Source: a virus (lineage: Duplodnaviria > Caudoviricetes). Taken from it: 62,374 nucleotides of DNA. Both the position numbers and the translations under genes were made by a program. Location of the stretch: IMG/VR virus record IMGVR_UViG_3300024249_000184, positions 1 through 62,374 of that record; one strand, written 5' to 3'. This document shows positions 1 to 9,270 of the stretch, in pieces. The notes under the pieces were generated by a model. That model worked only from the letters and a program-made list of their open reading frames with translations. It had not been told where the DNA came from and did no database searches. The first letter of the stretch is position 1. The number at the start of each line of letters is the position of its first letter.

Positions 1-148
1 CAATTCACGTTGACGGTTATTGATATGGCTAAATTTGGCTATGATGATGAATTGGAGGACGAACCCAATGCGGCAGACTTGCGCGCCATAGAGCAGGAAT
101 TGGAACAGGAAACTCTAATGGCCGACTTGAAAAACGATTACAACGACG
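1..148. repeat. terminal direct repeat, left copy (circular overlap)
   Basis: Identical to 62227..62374 except T127 vs C62353 (synonymous TTG/CTG). Confidence 0.97.
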
Positions 149-159
149 ATGATTGGTAA
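25..159 (+). CDS. small acidic hypothetical protein (44 aa, MAKFGYDDELEDE...)
   Basis: Translated by eye; ATG lies just after the stop of the last GT2 across the circular junction. Confidence 0.6.
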   Translation: MAKFGYDDELEDEPNAADLRAIEQELEQETLMADLKNDYNDDDW

Positions 160-164
160 TTATT

Positions 165-271
165 ATCCTGTCTGTAAGCTACCGACGTTTGATTATCCCT
201 CCTACTCAAACCGAGGTTCCAAGTGAAGGCTCGTAAGCGATTGCTTGCGGCTTTCCGCTTATGGGCAGGGT
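165..271 (+). ncRNA. candidate three-way-junction small RNA
   Basis: 15-bp closing stem 165-179/257-271 with G-U pairs on the + strand; two internal hairpins; intergenic. Confidence 0.5.
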
Positions 272-295
272 TATAAATATTAAGATAAAAAGATT

Positions 296-1123
296 ATGAA
301 AGTTGAGATTGTCGTTCCCTGCATTAACCTTTGGAAAAAATATACTAAGTCGTGCATTGATTCTTTAATGGACGCTATGGTGCGCGCCAAAGCCCACGGC
401 ATAGACGCCCATATTATTTTGATAGACAATGCGTCCACCGATGAAACCAAGGTAGAGGGCGCGAAATTCAACGCCGATTTATTATTTTACCAGCGCAATG
501 AGCAACGCTGGGGTTTTCAAAAGTCGGTAAATTTCGGGGTTAAATACGGCATGGAACACGGCGCAGATTTAATGCTGATCTGCAATAACGATATTGTGAT
601 TCATCCCGAGGCTATTTGGCGCATGGCTGAACGCTTTGGCAAGGATAATGTCGGGCTGGTTTCCTGCATGGACGTGCGCGGGGAAATGCGGGAAAACGGC
701 ATACAGCCGCTAATGGTCGGGTCAATAAGCGCCAAGGAAAAGGAAAAGGTTGACGAAGCGCCGCACCCTAATTTTTCAGCGTTCATGGTGTCCAAGCAAT
801 GCTGGGAGGAAGTCGGGGAGTTTGACGAATTATTTGAGCCTGCCTATTTTGAGGACAATGATTTTCATTACCGCATGAAATTGTTAGGCGTGCCAGCCAT
901 TACCTTTCCGCCCGCCATGTTTTATCACTATGGTTCGCGGACGCAGAATGAAGCCAATGAAACTGGCCAGCCGATTGTTGCTGGCGCTCTTTTTGAAAAT
1001 AACCGTGCTTTTTACGTCCGCAAATGGGGTGGCAGTCCAGGCGATGAGAAGTATGAGCATCCGTATAATGACGAATCAAAATCATTAAAGGACACCAAGC
1101 AAGGGGTTATCCCCAACCCGTAA
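296..1123 (+). CDS. glycosyltransferase family 2 (GT-A fold)
   Basis: IVVP...IDNASTD, CNND DxD-like motif, GEFDE.F.PAYFEDND, FYHYGS. Confidence 0.9.
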   Translation: MKVEIVVPCINLWKKYTKSCIDSLMDAMVRAKAHGIDAHIILIDNASTDETKVEGAKFNADLLFYQRNEQRWGFQKSVNFGVKYGMEHGADLMLICNNDIVIHPEAIWRMAERFGKDNVGLVSCMDVRGEMRENGIQPLMVGSISAKEKEKVDEAPHPNFSAFMVSKQCWEEVGEFDELFEPAYFEDNDFHYRMKLLGVPAITFPPAMFYHYGSRTQNEANETGQPIVAGALFENNRAFYVRKWGGSPGDEKYEHPYNDESKSLKDTKQGVIPNP

Positions 1124-1152
1124 TTTGCTTATTGCCCTATTTAAGGTATTAT
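1107..1152 (+). promoter_or_regulatory. sigma70-type promoter with CCCTAT-palindrome spacer and DnaA-like box
   Basis: TTATCCCCA 1107-1115; TTGCTT 1125-1130; CCCTATTTAAGG 1135-1146; TATTAT 1147-1152. Confidence 0.6.
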
Positions 1153-1158
1153 AAGGCT

Positions 1159-1371
1159 ATGACACAAGAGAAAAAAGAAACTAAAAAGGTATTGCCGTAT
1201 GGATATGTCGCCTACAAATTAACAGGCCACGAGGATTGGCGCGTCACTTCCGCCACGGACTTTGATAATAATTTGGCCAAGCGCGAGGACATCGGCGAAA
1301 CCAAACGCTATGAGATCAGCAGAGAAACTGGCGACATGACCGCTTTCGCCGCTAAAAAGAAAACCAAATGA
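1159..1371 (+). CDS. hypothetical protein (probably leaderless)
   Basis: ORF track 1132..1371; start moved to ATG 1159, six bases after the -10 box. Confidence 0.7.
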   Translation: MTQEKKETKKVLPYGYVAYKLTGHEDWRVTSATDFDNNLAKREDIGETKRYEISRETGDMTAFAAKKKTK

Positions 1372-1661
1372 AAGGCTACGACATAGACGGCGTGCTAACA
1401 TCGGGCATCGTCCCCGAAAAAGATTCGGTTGTTATATCAGGCAGGACGTTTGCCGAGTATGATGATTTTGCAAGGAAAGCCGCGCAAATAATGCCAGTTT
1501 ATATTCGCGGCAAGGGTGCGTATGGCGATAGGCAGGCCGCGGGAGAGTTCAAAGCCGAAATGATTAGATTTTTAGGCGTCACGGAATTTTACGAGGACGA
1601 CCAATTACAGATAGATATTATCCAAAGGGTTAATCCAAAAGTTATAATAAACAAAATATGA
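1368..1661 (+). CDS. minimal HAD-superfamily phosphatase-like protein
   Basis: YDIDGVL motif I, SGR motif II, FYEDD motif IV. Confidence 0.7.
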   Translation: MKGYDIDGVLTSGIVPEKDSVVISGRTFAEYDDFARKAAQIMPVYIRGKGAYGDRQAAGEFKAEMIRFLGVTEFYEDDQLQIDIIQRVNPKVIINKI

Positions 1662-2767
1662 AAAAAGTTTTAATTACTGGTGGTTGCGGATTTGTAGGGA
1701 CGCACCTGATTGAGCAAATTTTAAAAAATACCGATTGGACTATTGTCAGCCTTGATAGGTTTGACGCCGCGGGAAACCCCAACCGCTTGTCCGACATGCT
1801 TTCCACAACTCCAGAGATAGACCGCTCACGCGTGAGGTTTGTATTTTGGGATTTAAAAGCGGAATTGAACGAGCAGGTTTATAAACAATTAGATGGACCG
1901 TTTGATTACATAATGCACCTTGCCGCTGGCTCACATGTGGATCGTTCCATTAGCGAACCTCTGCTTTTTTTCATGGACAACTGTATCGGCACGGTTAATA
2001 TTTTAAATTATGCTAAAGCTGGCGGATTGTGGTTAGGCAAAGTTATTAAAAATGGCCACGAAGTTTCTGTTGAGGACGAGAGGCCGTCAGGAAAGTTTTT
2101 GTATTTTTCTACCGATGAGGTTTTCGGACCCGCGCCGATGACCGATGACTTTTTGGGCTACAAGGAATGGGACAGAGCCAACCCGAATAATCCCTACGCG
2201 GCCGCCAAAGCCGCGGCGGAAATGGCAGTCATTTCTTACGCCAATACCTACCGAATCCCGTGCGTAATTACCAATACTATGAACATTTTCGGTGAGCGTC
2301 AAAGCCCCGAAAAGTTTATCCCGTTGATAATGAACAAAGTTTTAAACGGCGAGAAGTTATTTATCCACGCTGATAAAAGCAAAACCCAAGCGGGCAAGCG
2401 CCATTACCTCCATGCCCGCAATATCTGCGCGGCCGTGGTTTGGATATTGGAAAACGGTAAAATGCTGGACGGCTCTGGCAAGCAGGGACGCTACAATATT
2501 GTGGGTGAAGTGGAAATGGATAATCGCGCTTTGGCAGAATTGGTGGCGAGCATTACCAACGACTGGCTACAAGAGCATGGATTACCGCGGCAGGAATTGG
2601 ATTACGAATTAGTGGACTTCCATTCCAGCAGGCCTGGCCACGATTTGCGTTATGCCCTTGACGGTTCATTACTGGCCGCGGACGGGTTTGCCTATCCTAT
2701 TGATTTTGAAAATAGCTTGAGAAAAATGATTTATTGGACATTAGACCGAAAGGAACAATGGCTATGA
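1658..2767 (+). CDS. rmlB: dTDP-glucose 4,6-dehydratase-like NAD-dependent epimerase/dehydratase
   Basis: GGCGFVG, HLAAGSHVDRSI, STDEVFG, YAAAK, RPGHDLRY motifs. Confidence 0.88.
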   Translation: MKKVLITGGCGFVGTHLIEQILKNTDWTIVSLDRFDAAGNPNRLSDMLSTTPEIDRSRVRFVFWDLKAELNEQVYKQLDGPFDYIMHLAAGSHVDRSISEPLLFFMDNCIGTVNILNYAKAGGLWLGKVIKNGHEVSVEDERPSGKFLYFSTDEVFGPAPMTDDFLGYKEWDRANPNNPYAAAKAAAEMAVISYANTYRIPCVITNTMNIFGERQSPEKFIPLIMNKVLNGEKLFIHADKSKTQAGKRHYLHARNICAAVVWILENGKMLDGSGKQGRYNIVGEVEMDNRALAELVASITNDWLQEHGLPRQELDYELVDFHSSRPGHDLRYALDGSLLAADGFAYPIDFENSLRKMIYWTLDRKEQWL

Positions 2768-2847
2768 AACCTATCGTCGTAGTTTTAATAGTCGCCCTTA
2801 TCTTATATTTGGCGAATAAGCCCCCTCGCCGAAAGAGAAAATATTAG
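2764..2847 (+). CDS. 27-aa membrane peptide
   Basis: ATGA overlap with the upstream stop; MKPIVVVLIVALILYLANKPPRRKRKY. Confidence 0.45.
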   Translation: MKPIVVVLIVALILYLANKPPRRKRKY

Positions 2848-2848
2848 T

Positions 2849-3697
2849 ATGGATAAGAAACCTTTGGATAAAACACTGAACGAGTTTATGTCAGTCACGG
2901 CCAAAAGCACCGTGGCTGTTGTTGTGCCGCTATACGGTTTTTGGGCGGACATTCCTGAAAACCCCGTGAATGGGGAAGTTTTGAAAGTGGCGTTAAGCCG
3001 CTTGTATTCCAATGTCCACCACCTTTATATAATTTTTGTCGCCCACCCGCAGTCAATTCCCAATGACATGAATAATGTAAACTCGGTGGCGAATATCCTG
3101 CTCGGCCGCGCCAAGATGGGTAATACCAAAAATATCGCAATCGGCAGGGAAGCTACTTACGCCGAATATGTAGCCGAGGGGATTACCTGTGCATTAGAGG
3201 AAACCAACGCGCAATTTGTAATGGTATTCAATCCGTGGGTGATGATTCAGGAAGGCGCGGTTGATGTTTTGATAGACCGTTGCAACCGTTCAGACGATGC
3301 AAAGGTTGTATCGGGCTACGATTTAAGGTCGGTAATCGAGCCAGAGAATTTTGACAGTTATGTAAATTATACGCCAAGTGAGGAATATGATTTCTCGTTT
3401 AACTTTGTGGCCATGCCGCGTTATGTGGCGGAAATGGTAACGCTTGATCCAGCTTATAAGACGCATGTCTTTTTGGAGCGCGATATCTGGCAACAGGTTA
3501 TGCAGAAAAGTTTTGTGGTGATAGCATCGCAAAAAGTGCCGATATTCCCATTTGACTTTCCGTGGCAAGACTATGAAAAAAAAGAACAGTTTGATACCGA
3601 CAAACAACACTTCATTAGGAAATGGAGCTTTGACCCTGGACTCCTCTACCAAGACCCCCGAGGCGCAAGTCGCCGAGACAAAACAGGAGCTAGATAA
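2849..3697 (+). CDS. divergent GT2-like protein, possibly catalytically altered
   Basis: VAVVVPLY start; FNPW where NND is expected; FLERDIW and HFIRKW parallel the 296 protein. Confidence 0.6.
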   Translation: MDKKPLDKTLNEFMSVTAKSTVAVVVPLYGFWADIPENPVNGEVLKVALSRLYSNVHHLYIIFVAHPQSIPNDMNNVNSVANILLGRAKMGNTKNIAIGREATYAEYVAEGITCALEETNAQFVMVFNPWVMIQEGAVDVLIDRCNRSDDAKVVSGYDLRSVIEPENFDSYVNYTPSEEYDFSFNFVAMPRYVAEMVTLDPAYKTHVFLERDIWQQVMQKSFVVIASQKVPIFPFDFPWQDYEKKEQFDTDKQHFIRKWSFDPGLLYQDPRGASRRDKTGAR

Positions 3698-4358
3698 ACA
3701 TGGGCTAGAACCAATTTCGCAGGTGGAAGTGACTGATCCGTTTACGGGCAAAAAGAGTTTGATCACCATTGACCGCACAGGCACGCACGAGCAGAAGTTG
3801 ATAGTCGCGCTGGCCAATCCGAAGCTAAAGCAGGAACAAAAAGACCAAGTATTGTCCATGTATCTTTTTGAAAGGGGTAAAGAGAGCGCCTCTTTTATCA
3901 CGGACTTAATGGCCTATAAAGGGCAATACACCAAAGAGGGTCGCGTGTTCCAGTCCCGTATGCGCTATGACTTTGAGGCATTCGTGGGTTCATTCACGCG
4001 CTACCTTGAAAACCAGTCCCGATTGCTGGGTATTACTTTGGGAGTTGATATTGCGGAAGAAAAAACCAAATTTGAGGCATGGCTGAAATTACCGAATAAT
4101 AAGGAAAAGAATTACAGCTATAAAGATTTTAACCATAGTGCCGATGTTAGCCGCGTGGCTTTAATTGAACTGGCGCTATATGCCTTTGACGAAGCCAAAG
4201 CTTTGCGCGAGGCAATCCAAAGAATAGTGCAGGCGCGCGAAGCCCAAAAGGGCGGAGGCATTTATGTTAACCAGCAGGGACGGCCGTATAGCGTGAATGA
4301 CCCGAACTTAGACGAAATAATTAAAGCAGACCGCCAACTCCAGCAGGAGGCAGAATGA
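3573..4358 (+). CDS. hypothetical protein
   Basis: Long ORF; the first ATG overlaps the upstream gene, so the start is uncertain. Confidence 0.7.
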   Translation: MKKKNSLIPTNNTSLGNGALTLDSSTKTPEAQVAETKQELDKHGLEPISQVEVTDPFTGKKSLITIDRTGTHEQKLIVALANPKLKQEQKDQVLSMYLFERGKESASFITDLMAYKGQYTKEGRVFQSRMRYDFEAFVGSFTRYLENQSRLLGITLGVDIAEEKTKFEAWLKLPNNKEKNYSYKDFNHSADVSRVALIELALYAFDEAKALREAIQRIVQAREAQKGGGIYVNQQGRPYSVNDPNLDEIIKADRQLQQEAE

Positions 4359-4765
4359 CAAATAATATAGCCTACCATTACACCTCGCTGGCCAACTGGC
4401 AAACAATTAAGCATGTCGGGCTTGAACCATACCTAATAAAAAAACCAGAATTTCTGCACATCTTCCCCGATGGTTTCAAAGGTATATGGATGTGGAAAAA
4501 GGATTTAAAGGGTATTGAGAATTTCGGGTCAATTATTTGGCAGGTCGGCACAAAAAAAGATTTGGTGATTGTGAAACTAAAGGTTGCGTATGACGAGGAT
4601 AAGGTGCTGAAATTCAACCGCCAAAATTTGAGCATTAGCCATGAGGGAGATATCGGTGACTTAAAATTCCACCAGTCCACGGCTTCCGTTATCGTCACCG
4701 AAAGAATTTTGCCGCACAATATCCAGCTTGTAAAAACCTATGACCTATTAAAGTTAATCCAATAA
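4355..4765 (+). CDS. putative ADP-ribosyltransferase-fold protein
   Basis: N-terminal YHYT-x7-I-x3-GL-x-P, then GIWM strand and C-terminal ILPHNI. Confidence 0.5.
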   Translation: MTNNIAYHYTSLANWQTIKHVGLEPYLIKKPEFLHIFPDGFKGIWMWKKDLKGIENFGSIIWQVGTKKDLVIVKLKVAYDEDKVLKFNRQNLSISHEGDIGDLKFHQSTASVIVTERILPHNIQLVKTYDLLKLIQ

Positions 4766-4766
4766 C

Positions 4767-5051
4767 ATGCCTAATGATTTCAAAAAACCAGAGCCGAGCA
4801 AAGCAGAAAAATTGTTTTACGAATTGGCGCTTGCCGTCCAGCGGTTAGAGCAGTCGCAGTTGACCAATACCGCCACCGTAATTGCGGCCGCCATGCTGAT
4901 GAAAATTCCACCAGAGGACATGGCTAAAATTATAATTAATCAAGGATTCATTAAAGAATATGCGGAGAAGATAAATGCGGAAATTAGGAAATTAACCGCA
5001 CCGCCGCCTATTCCCCCAACCCCAAATGCTGAACAAGGAAGCGACAAATAA
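4767..5051 (+). CDS. hypothetical protein
   Basis: Tightly packed ORF in operon. Confidence 0.65.
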   Translation: MPNDFKKPEPSKAEKLFYELALAVQRLEQSQLTNTATVIAAAMLMKIPPEDMAKIIINQGFIKEYAEKINAEIRKLTAPPPIPPTPNAEQGSDK

Positions 5052-5271
5052 AGAAATACTGGACTTCCCGCTGGGCGGTCATACCATTCGCGACATAGGC
5101 TCAATGAGCTTTATGTCTTGGATGGCGAAAAAATTGGACGGCGTGCCAAGCTACAAGGCCGCCACGCAGGAACTTTTGGGGTTATTACGCAACGCTCCTA
5201 TCGGTAAAATGACCGAGGAGGAGAAAATTAGGATAGTCAGAAAATTATTAGACCTAGATATACAAATATGA
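5026..5271 (+). CDS. hypothetical protein
   Basis: Tightly packed ORF in operon. Confidence 0.6.
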   Translation: MLNKEATNKEILDFPLGGHTIRDIGSMSFMSWMAKKLDGVPSYKAATQELLGLLRNAPIGKMTEEEKIRIVRKLLDLDIQI

Positions 5272-5618
5272 AAATTGTTCAAATATCAAATACCAAATGG
5301 GGTGAGGTCGCCTACATCTACGACGAGGAACAGGGGCGAGTATTCAAGGTTGCAGTAGACGACTTGACAAATACGGGGTATAATGGGGACGACAGACCCG
5401 AAATGCCAGCGCGCCGTCCGCGGATGCCCGTAAGGCGCGTCCCCGTGAGAGCGCCAGAGGAAGGCGTTGAGGAAGAATATCCTGAACCCGAACCCCCGCC
5501 AACCCCCCAACCAATGAAACCAAGAGTAGCCCCGAAATCAATTATCCCACCTCACCTTGCTGGAGTATTTAGAAAACCTGGCACCGCTGGTGCCGCAGAG
5601 GAACGCAGGGAGATGTAA
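5268..5618 (+). CDS. Pro-rich hypothetical protein
   Basis: ATGA coupling to the upstream ORF. Confidence 0.7.
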   Translation: MKIVQISNTKWGEVAYIYDEEQGRVFKVAVDDLTNTGYNGDDRPEMPARRPRMPVRRVPVRAPEEGVEEEYPEPEPPPTPQPMKPRVAPKSIIPPHLAGVFRKPGTAGAAEERREM

Positions 5619-5632
5619 ACAGAAAAAATAAA

Positions 5633-6211
5633 ATGGCTAAGAAAAGACGAGCACCAATAGAACAGCTTCGCGCCGCAGGTAGAATGGCCAAGCAAATGCT
5701 CGTTGATAGGGGAATCCTTGCCAAAAAAAGCGTATTAGATGAGTTGATGCGAACTGAGGGCGCACCAACTTTGCCTGGCATACCCGCCTACCTCCCTCAT
5801 CAATGGACATTGAAAGCCGCCCAGCGTATTCTTTATGATTTGCTGATTATTTGGAAAGACGAATGCAAAGAGGACGAGAGGCGCGCGGAGAATATCACGG
5901 AGTTTTTTAAATTCGTGATAACGGAATTGCGCCAGCAAGAGGCGAACTACAATAAGGAAGTAGTGGATATGCCCAAGTTAATGAAGACGATGAAAAACGT
6001 CCCTGTCTTAAAGGACGTTTTTTCGCCTTTGCGGAAGAAAGAAAGCATGCACGCGATCCATAGATTTTTCGTAGACAGTTTCGCCGTGGCTATTGCGCTA
6101 AAAAACAACCACACCACCTCGGAATATGCCAACTGGTTTTTAACATGGACGCAGGATATGTATGCCCTTTGGGTCAGCCCAGAGGAGCGGAAAAAAATAG
6201 CACGCGTATGA
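5633..6211 (+). CDS. hypothetical protein
   Basis: 192-aa ORF with an A-rich leader. Confidence 0.75.
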   Translation: MAKKRRAPIEQLRAAGRMAKQMLVDRGILAKKSVLDELMRTEGAPTLPGIPAYLPHQWTLKAAQRILYDLLIIWKDECKEDERRAENITEFFKFVITELRQQEANYNKEVVDMPKLMKTMKNVPVLKDVFSPLRKKESMHAIHRFFVDSFAVAIALKNNHTTSEYANWFLTWTQDMYALWVSPEERKKIARV

Positions 6212-6480
6212 TTATTGATTTCCAATTCGTGGACTTCCATAGTTTGGAAGATACCGACATCGTCCCCGTGGCTTTCCAAGACACGATGGATAGGACATCG
6301 TGGGAGAACCTTTTTCACTCACTCCCGCAAGACCAGTTGGAAGTTTTGGTGTGTTTATTTTTGGGGTTAAGTCCCGATGAAACTGTAAAAGCCCTGCATT
6401 ATCCGAATATTGTCAGATTTTATAATGTTAACGCTAAGTTGAAAGCGTCATACAACAAACAAAAACAGCTATTTTTCTAA
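6208..6480 (+). CDS. sigma-70 region-4-like HTH protein (candidate late transcription regulator)
   Basis: SLPQDQLEVL...GLSPDETVKAL pattern; ATGA start at 6208; lies just upstream of the head genes. Confidence 0.6.
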   Translation: MIIDFQFVDFHSLEDTDIVPVAFQDTMDRTSWENLFHSLPQDQLEVLVCLFLGLSPDETVKALHYPNIVRFYNVNAKLKASYNKQKQLFF

Positions 6481-6499
6481 TATAATTAAGATAGAGACA

Positions 6500-6892
6500 A
6501 TGCCATTCAAAAAGGGACACAAAGGCTATTGGTTGGGAAAAACGAGGGTTCTTACATCTGAACACCGTCTAAAAATAGCCAAGGCCTTAAAAGGTGAAAA
6601 AAGTCATTTTTGGAAAGGTGGCATAACTGAAACCAACCAAATCATTAGGGAATCAAGTGAGTATAGACAATGGCGAGAAGCAGTTTTTAAAAGAGATAAT
6701 TATACCTGTCAGGATTGTGGGGCGAGGACAATACCTGGCAAACAAGTATTTTTACAAGCCGACCATATTAAACCCTTTTCTCTTTTTCCTGAATTACGTT
6801 TTGAGATTTCAAACGGACGCACACTCTGTTTGGATTGCCACAAATTAACAGACACCTATGCGTCTAAGATTTTTATAAAACAATATGCCTGA
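6500..6892 (+). CDS. NUMOD3-type HNH endonuclease
   Basis: RDNYTCQDCG...ADHIKP...NGRTLCLDCH. Confidence 0.9.
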   Translation: MPFKKGHKGYWLGKTRVLTSEHRLKIAKALKGEKSHFWKGGITETNQIIRESSEYRQWREAVFKRDNYTCQDCGARTIPGKQVFLQADHIKPFSLFPELRFEISNGRTLCLDCHKLTDTYASKIFIKQYA

Positions 6893-9146
6893 CACAACCA
6901 CGACAGTTGAAAAAGCCTTGCCTGAAACAATAATCAACGAACCCGAAGGTCGCACAAAGTCCGCCATGATCCCCGCGGGCTGGCCAGAGGAAGTTTACCG
7001 AGGCATCCAAAAAGGATTAAAAGACCCAGAACGCCAACGCGGTTTGGTCTTTGAAAATGAAAAACAGCGCAACGCTATGGCAATCCGCAAAGGATTGACC
7101 AAGCCTGGCAAAATCGGCTATGACACATTACGCCGCATAGCGTTTTCCGTTTATGTGGCGCGCATCTGCATTAACTCACTCAAGGCCAAAGTCACTAAAA
7201 CCAAATGGGTTATCCAGCCGATTGATCAAACCAAGCGTAAAGGCGCGGCCGACAGCGACGGGCGCATAAAAGAATTAGAGGAATTTTTTAAACACCCTAA
7301 CCAAAATAATGAGACGTTCCGCACCCTATTGGATAAAATGTGCGAGGACTTATTGGTATTGGACGCGGTGAGTTTGGAAAAAACTCGCTACCCTGACGGC
7401 ACGCTGGCTGAATTGCATTTCGTGGACAGCGCCACTATCCGCCCTGTATTTGATGAACACGGCAACCAAGATATTATTATTCCGCTAAAGACCGTCAATG
7501 GCGATGAGGAGTTGCCCGTTTCCTATTTGCAGATTTTAAATAATTCCCAATACGGCGGTCCCGAAAGCGGCGACATACAAGCCGCATGGCCGAAAAAAGA
7601 TTTTATCCATTTCCATATGCACCCGCAAGGGTCAATGGAATCGTTCGGTTATGGTTTGTCCCCGCTTGAGGGCGTGCTGTCCGTAGTTTCCAATTTACTC
7701 AATAGCGATAATTTTAACAGCACCTATTTTGAAGAGGGCGCGTTCCCGCCTGTGATTTTAAATATTGTCGGGCAAATTAGCCAGCGTGATTTGGATGCGT
7801 TCAAAGAATATTTTTACCAAGAACTAAACGGCAACTTCCATCGCCCCGCGCTATTGGCTTCCCAGCAGAAATCCGAAGTTATAAACCTCAAAGAGTTTAC
7901 CAACCGCGATATGCAATTTATGGAATATACCCTATTCCTTGCTAAAATGCTTTGCGCGGCCTATGAAATGTCGCCTGAGGATATTGGCTTGACCGACACT
8001 ACGGGGAGCAAGAGCGTATCGGAAGTGCAAAAAGATATTTCGGATCAAAAGGGGTATTCGTCCATTTTGGATTTGTTTAAACAGGTTTTCAATCAAGAGA
8101 TTATTTGGAAAGATTTCGGCTACCAAGATTTAGAGTTTGAATGGGTGGCCGAGGACACCAGCGAACCTGATATTGCCTCGCAGGTTATGGACAGGGCTTT
8201 GAAAAATGGCAGTCTGACTTTAAATGAAGTTAGGTTAAAACAGGGCGATACGCCGTTTGGAGATTGGGCTGATGAGCCGATGTTTTTAAGCACCGAGGGA
8301 TATAAGCCTTTGATGGCGCCGACTGGCGAGGACGAGGGCGAGGAGAATGACAAAATTATCGGTGGCGAAAAACCCTACAATGAGCAGGACGATGTTGAGG
8401 GTGAGGAAATCACCAAAATGAATAAATCTATTTTTACCCAAAGCGGGTATAAAGTTTGGGCAGATGACCGCGGCGTAAGTCAACCATTTATTTATATGGA
8501 CATTAAAAGCGGTTTCGGCACGGTCATAAAACCGCCCGTGGCCGTCAATTTGCAATCCCAAAACCTTGAAATTAGTTTAACAGGAGAATTGGCCGCAATG
8601 GGCTTGAACGTTCGACCTACCCACAAAATGACCTTTGTAGAGGTCACCAATTCGCTATTCACCATGCCTGAGGTGGCTATTGAGTTTAGAAAGTATTGTG
8701 AGATGTCGCCTGAATATGATTCGGAAAAATGGCGGGTGAAATTCGGTGGCTCGCGCAAATTCGCTTACTACCTTGTTTCCGACTATATTGACGGCTATAC
8801 GCTGAATAATCCTCTGTTGATTGCGGATATGAAGCGTGATCCCCAAAGCTACGCGGCCGCGGTGCAGGATTTGGCGAACCTTTGGAAAGTGGAGCGGGAT
8901 AGGGTATTGGGCGATAGGCGGGCAGACCAATATATAATTGGCCATGACAAACGCGCCTATGGTATAGATTACCAGTTTATGGGTGATGACAGCCGTTGGG
9001 AGCGCACCAAAGATGCCATCCCCGAGGCTTTGACCGCTATTCCCGAGTTAAAGGCTATGTTTGAAACGGCCATTACGGATAAGGGTTTTTCCCTAAAATC
9101 AATTTTGAGGAGGCTAATAAATAAAAAAGCCTCGCGTAGTATATAA
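6885..9146 (+). CDS. portal protein with C-terminal HipA/PI3K-like kinase-fold extension
   Basis: PN-x4-TF, YGLSP, YFEEGAFPP, D.QF.E, LTLNEVR portal motifs; acidic linker; then VIKP...LGDRRADQ...GIDY. Confidence 0.9.
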   Translation: MPDTTTTVEKALPETIINEPEGRTKSAMIPAGWPEEVYRGIQKGLKDPERQRGLVFENEKQRNAMAIRKGLTKPGKIGYDTLRRIAFSVYVARICINSLKAKVTKTKWVIQPIDQTKRKGAADSDGRIKELEEFFKHPNQNNETFRTLLDKMCEDLLVLDAVSLEKTRYPDGTLAELHFVDSATIRPVFDEHGNQDIIIPLKTVNGDEELPVSYLQILNNSQYGGPESGDIQAAWPKKDFIHFHMHPQGSMESFGYGLSPLEGVLSVVSNLLNSDNFNSTYFEEGAFPPVILNIVGQISQRDLDAFKEYFYQELNGNFHRPALLASQQKSEVINLKEFTNRDMQFMEYTLFLAKMLCAAYEMSPEDIGLTDTTGSKSVSEVQKDISDQKGYSSILDLFKQVFNQEIIWKDFGYQDLEFEWVAEDTSEPDIASQVMDRALKNGSLTLNEVRLKQGDTPFGDWADEPMFLSTEGYKPLMAPTGEDEGEENDKIIGGEKPYNEQDDVEGEEITKMNKSIFTQSGYKVWADDRGVSQPFIYMDIKSGFGTVIKPPVAVNLQSQNLEISLTGELAAMGLNVRPTHKMTFVEVTNSLFTMPEVAIEFRKYCEMSPEYDSEKWRVKFGGSRKFAYYLVSDYIDGYTLNNPLLIADMKRDPQSYAAAVQDLANLWKVERDRVLGDRRADQYIIGHDKRAYGIDYQFMGDDSRWERTKDAIPEALTAIPELKAMFETAITDKGFSLKSILRRLINKKASRSI

Positions 9147-9178
9147 TTATTATATAGCTAATTAAGGAAAGGAACTTT

Positions 9179-9262
9179 ATGACTCTTAAAGACTTGTTAG
9201 AGATTTTGTTCCTGCTTTCGGGAACAGTTTATTTTGTAGTCAAAACTTTTAAAAATAATTAA
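9179..9262 (+). CDS. 27-aa hydrophobic peptide
   Basis: GAAAGGA RBS; MTLKDLLEILFLLSGTVYFVVKTFKNN. Confidence 0.45.
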   Translation: MTLKDLLEILFLLSGTVYFVVKTFKNN

Positions 9263-9270
9263 AAAAATAT

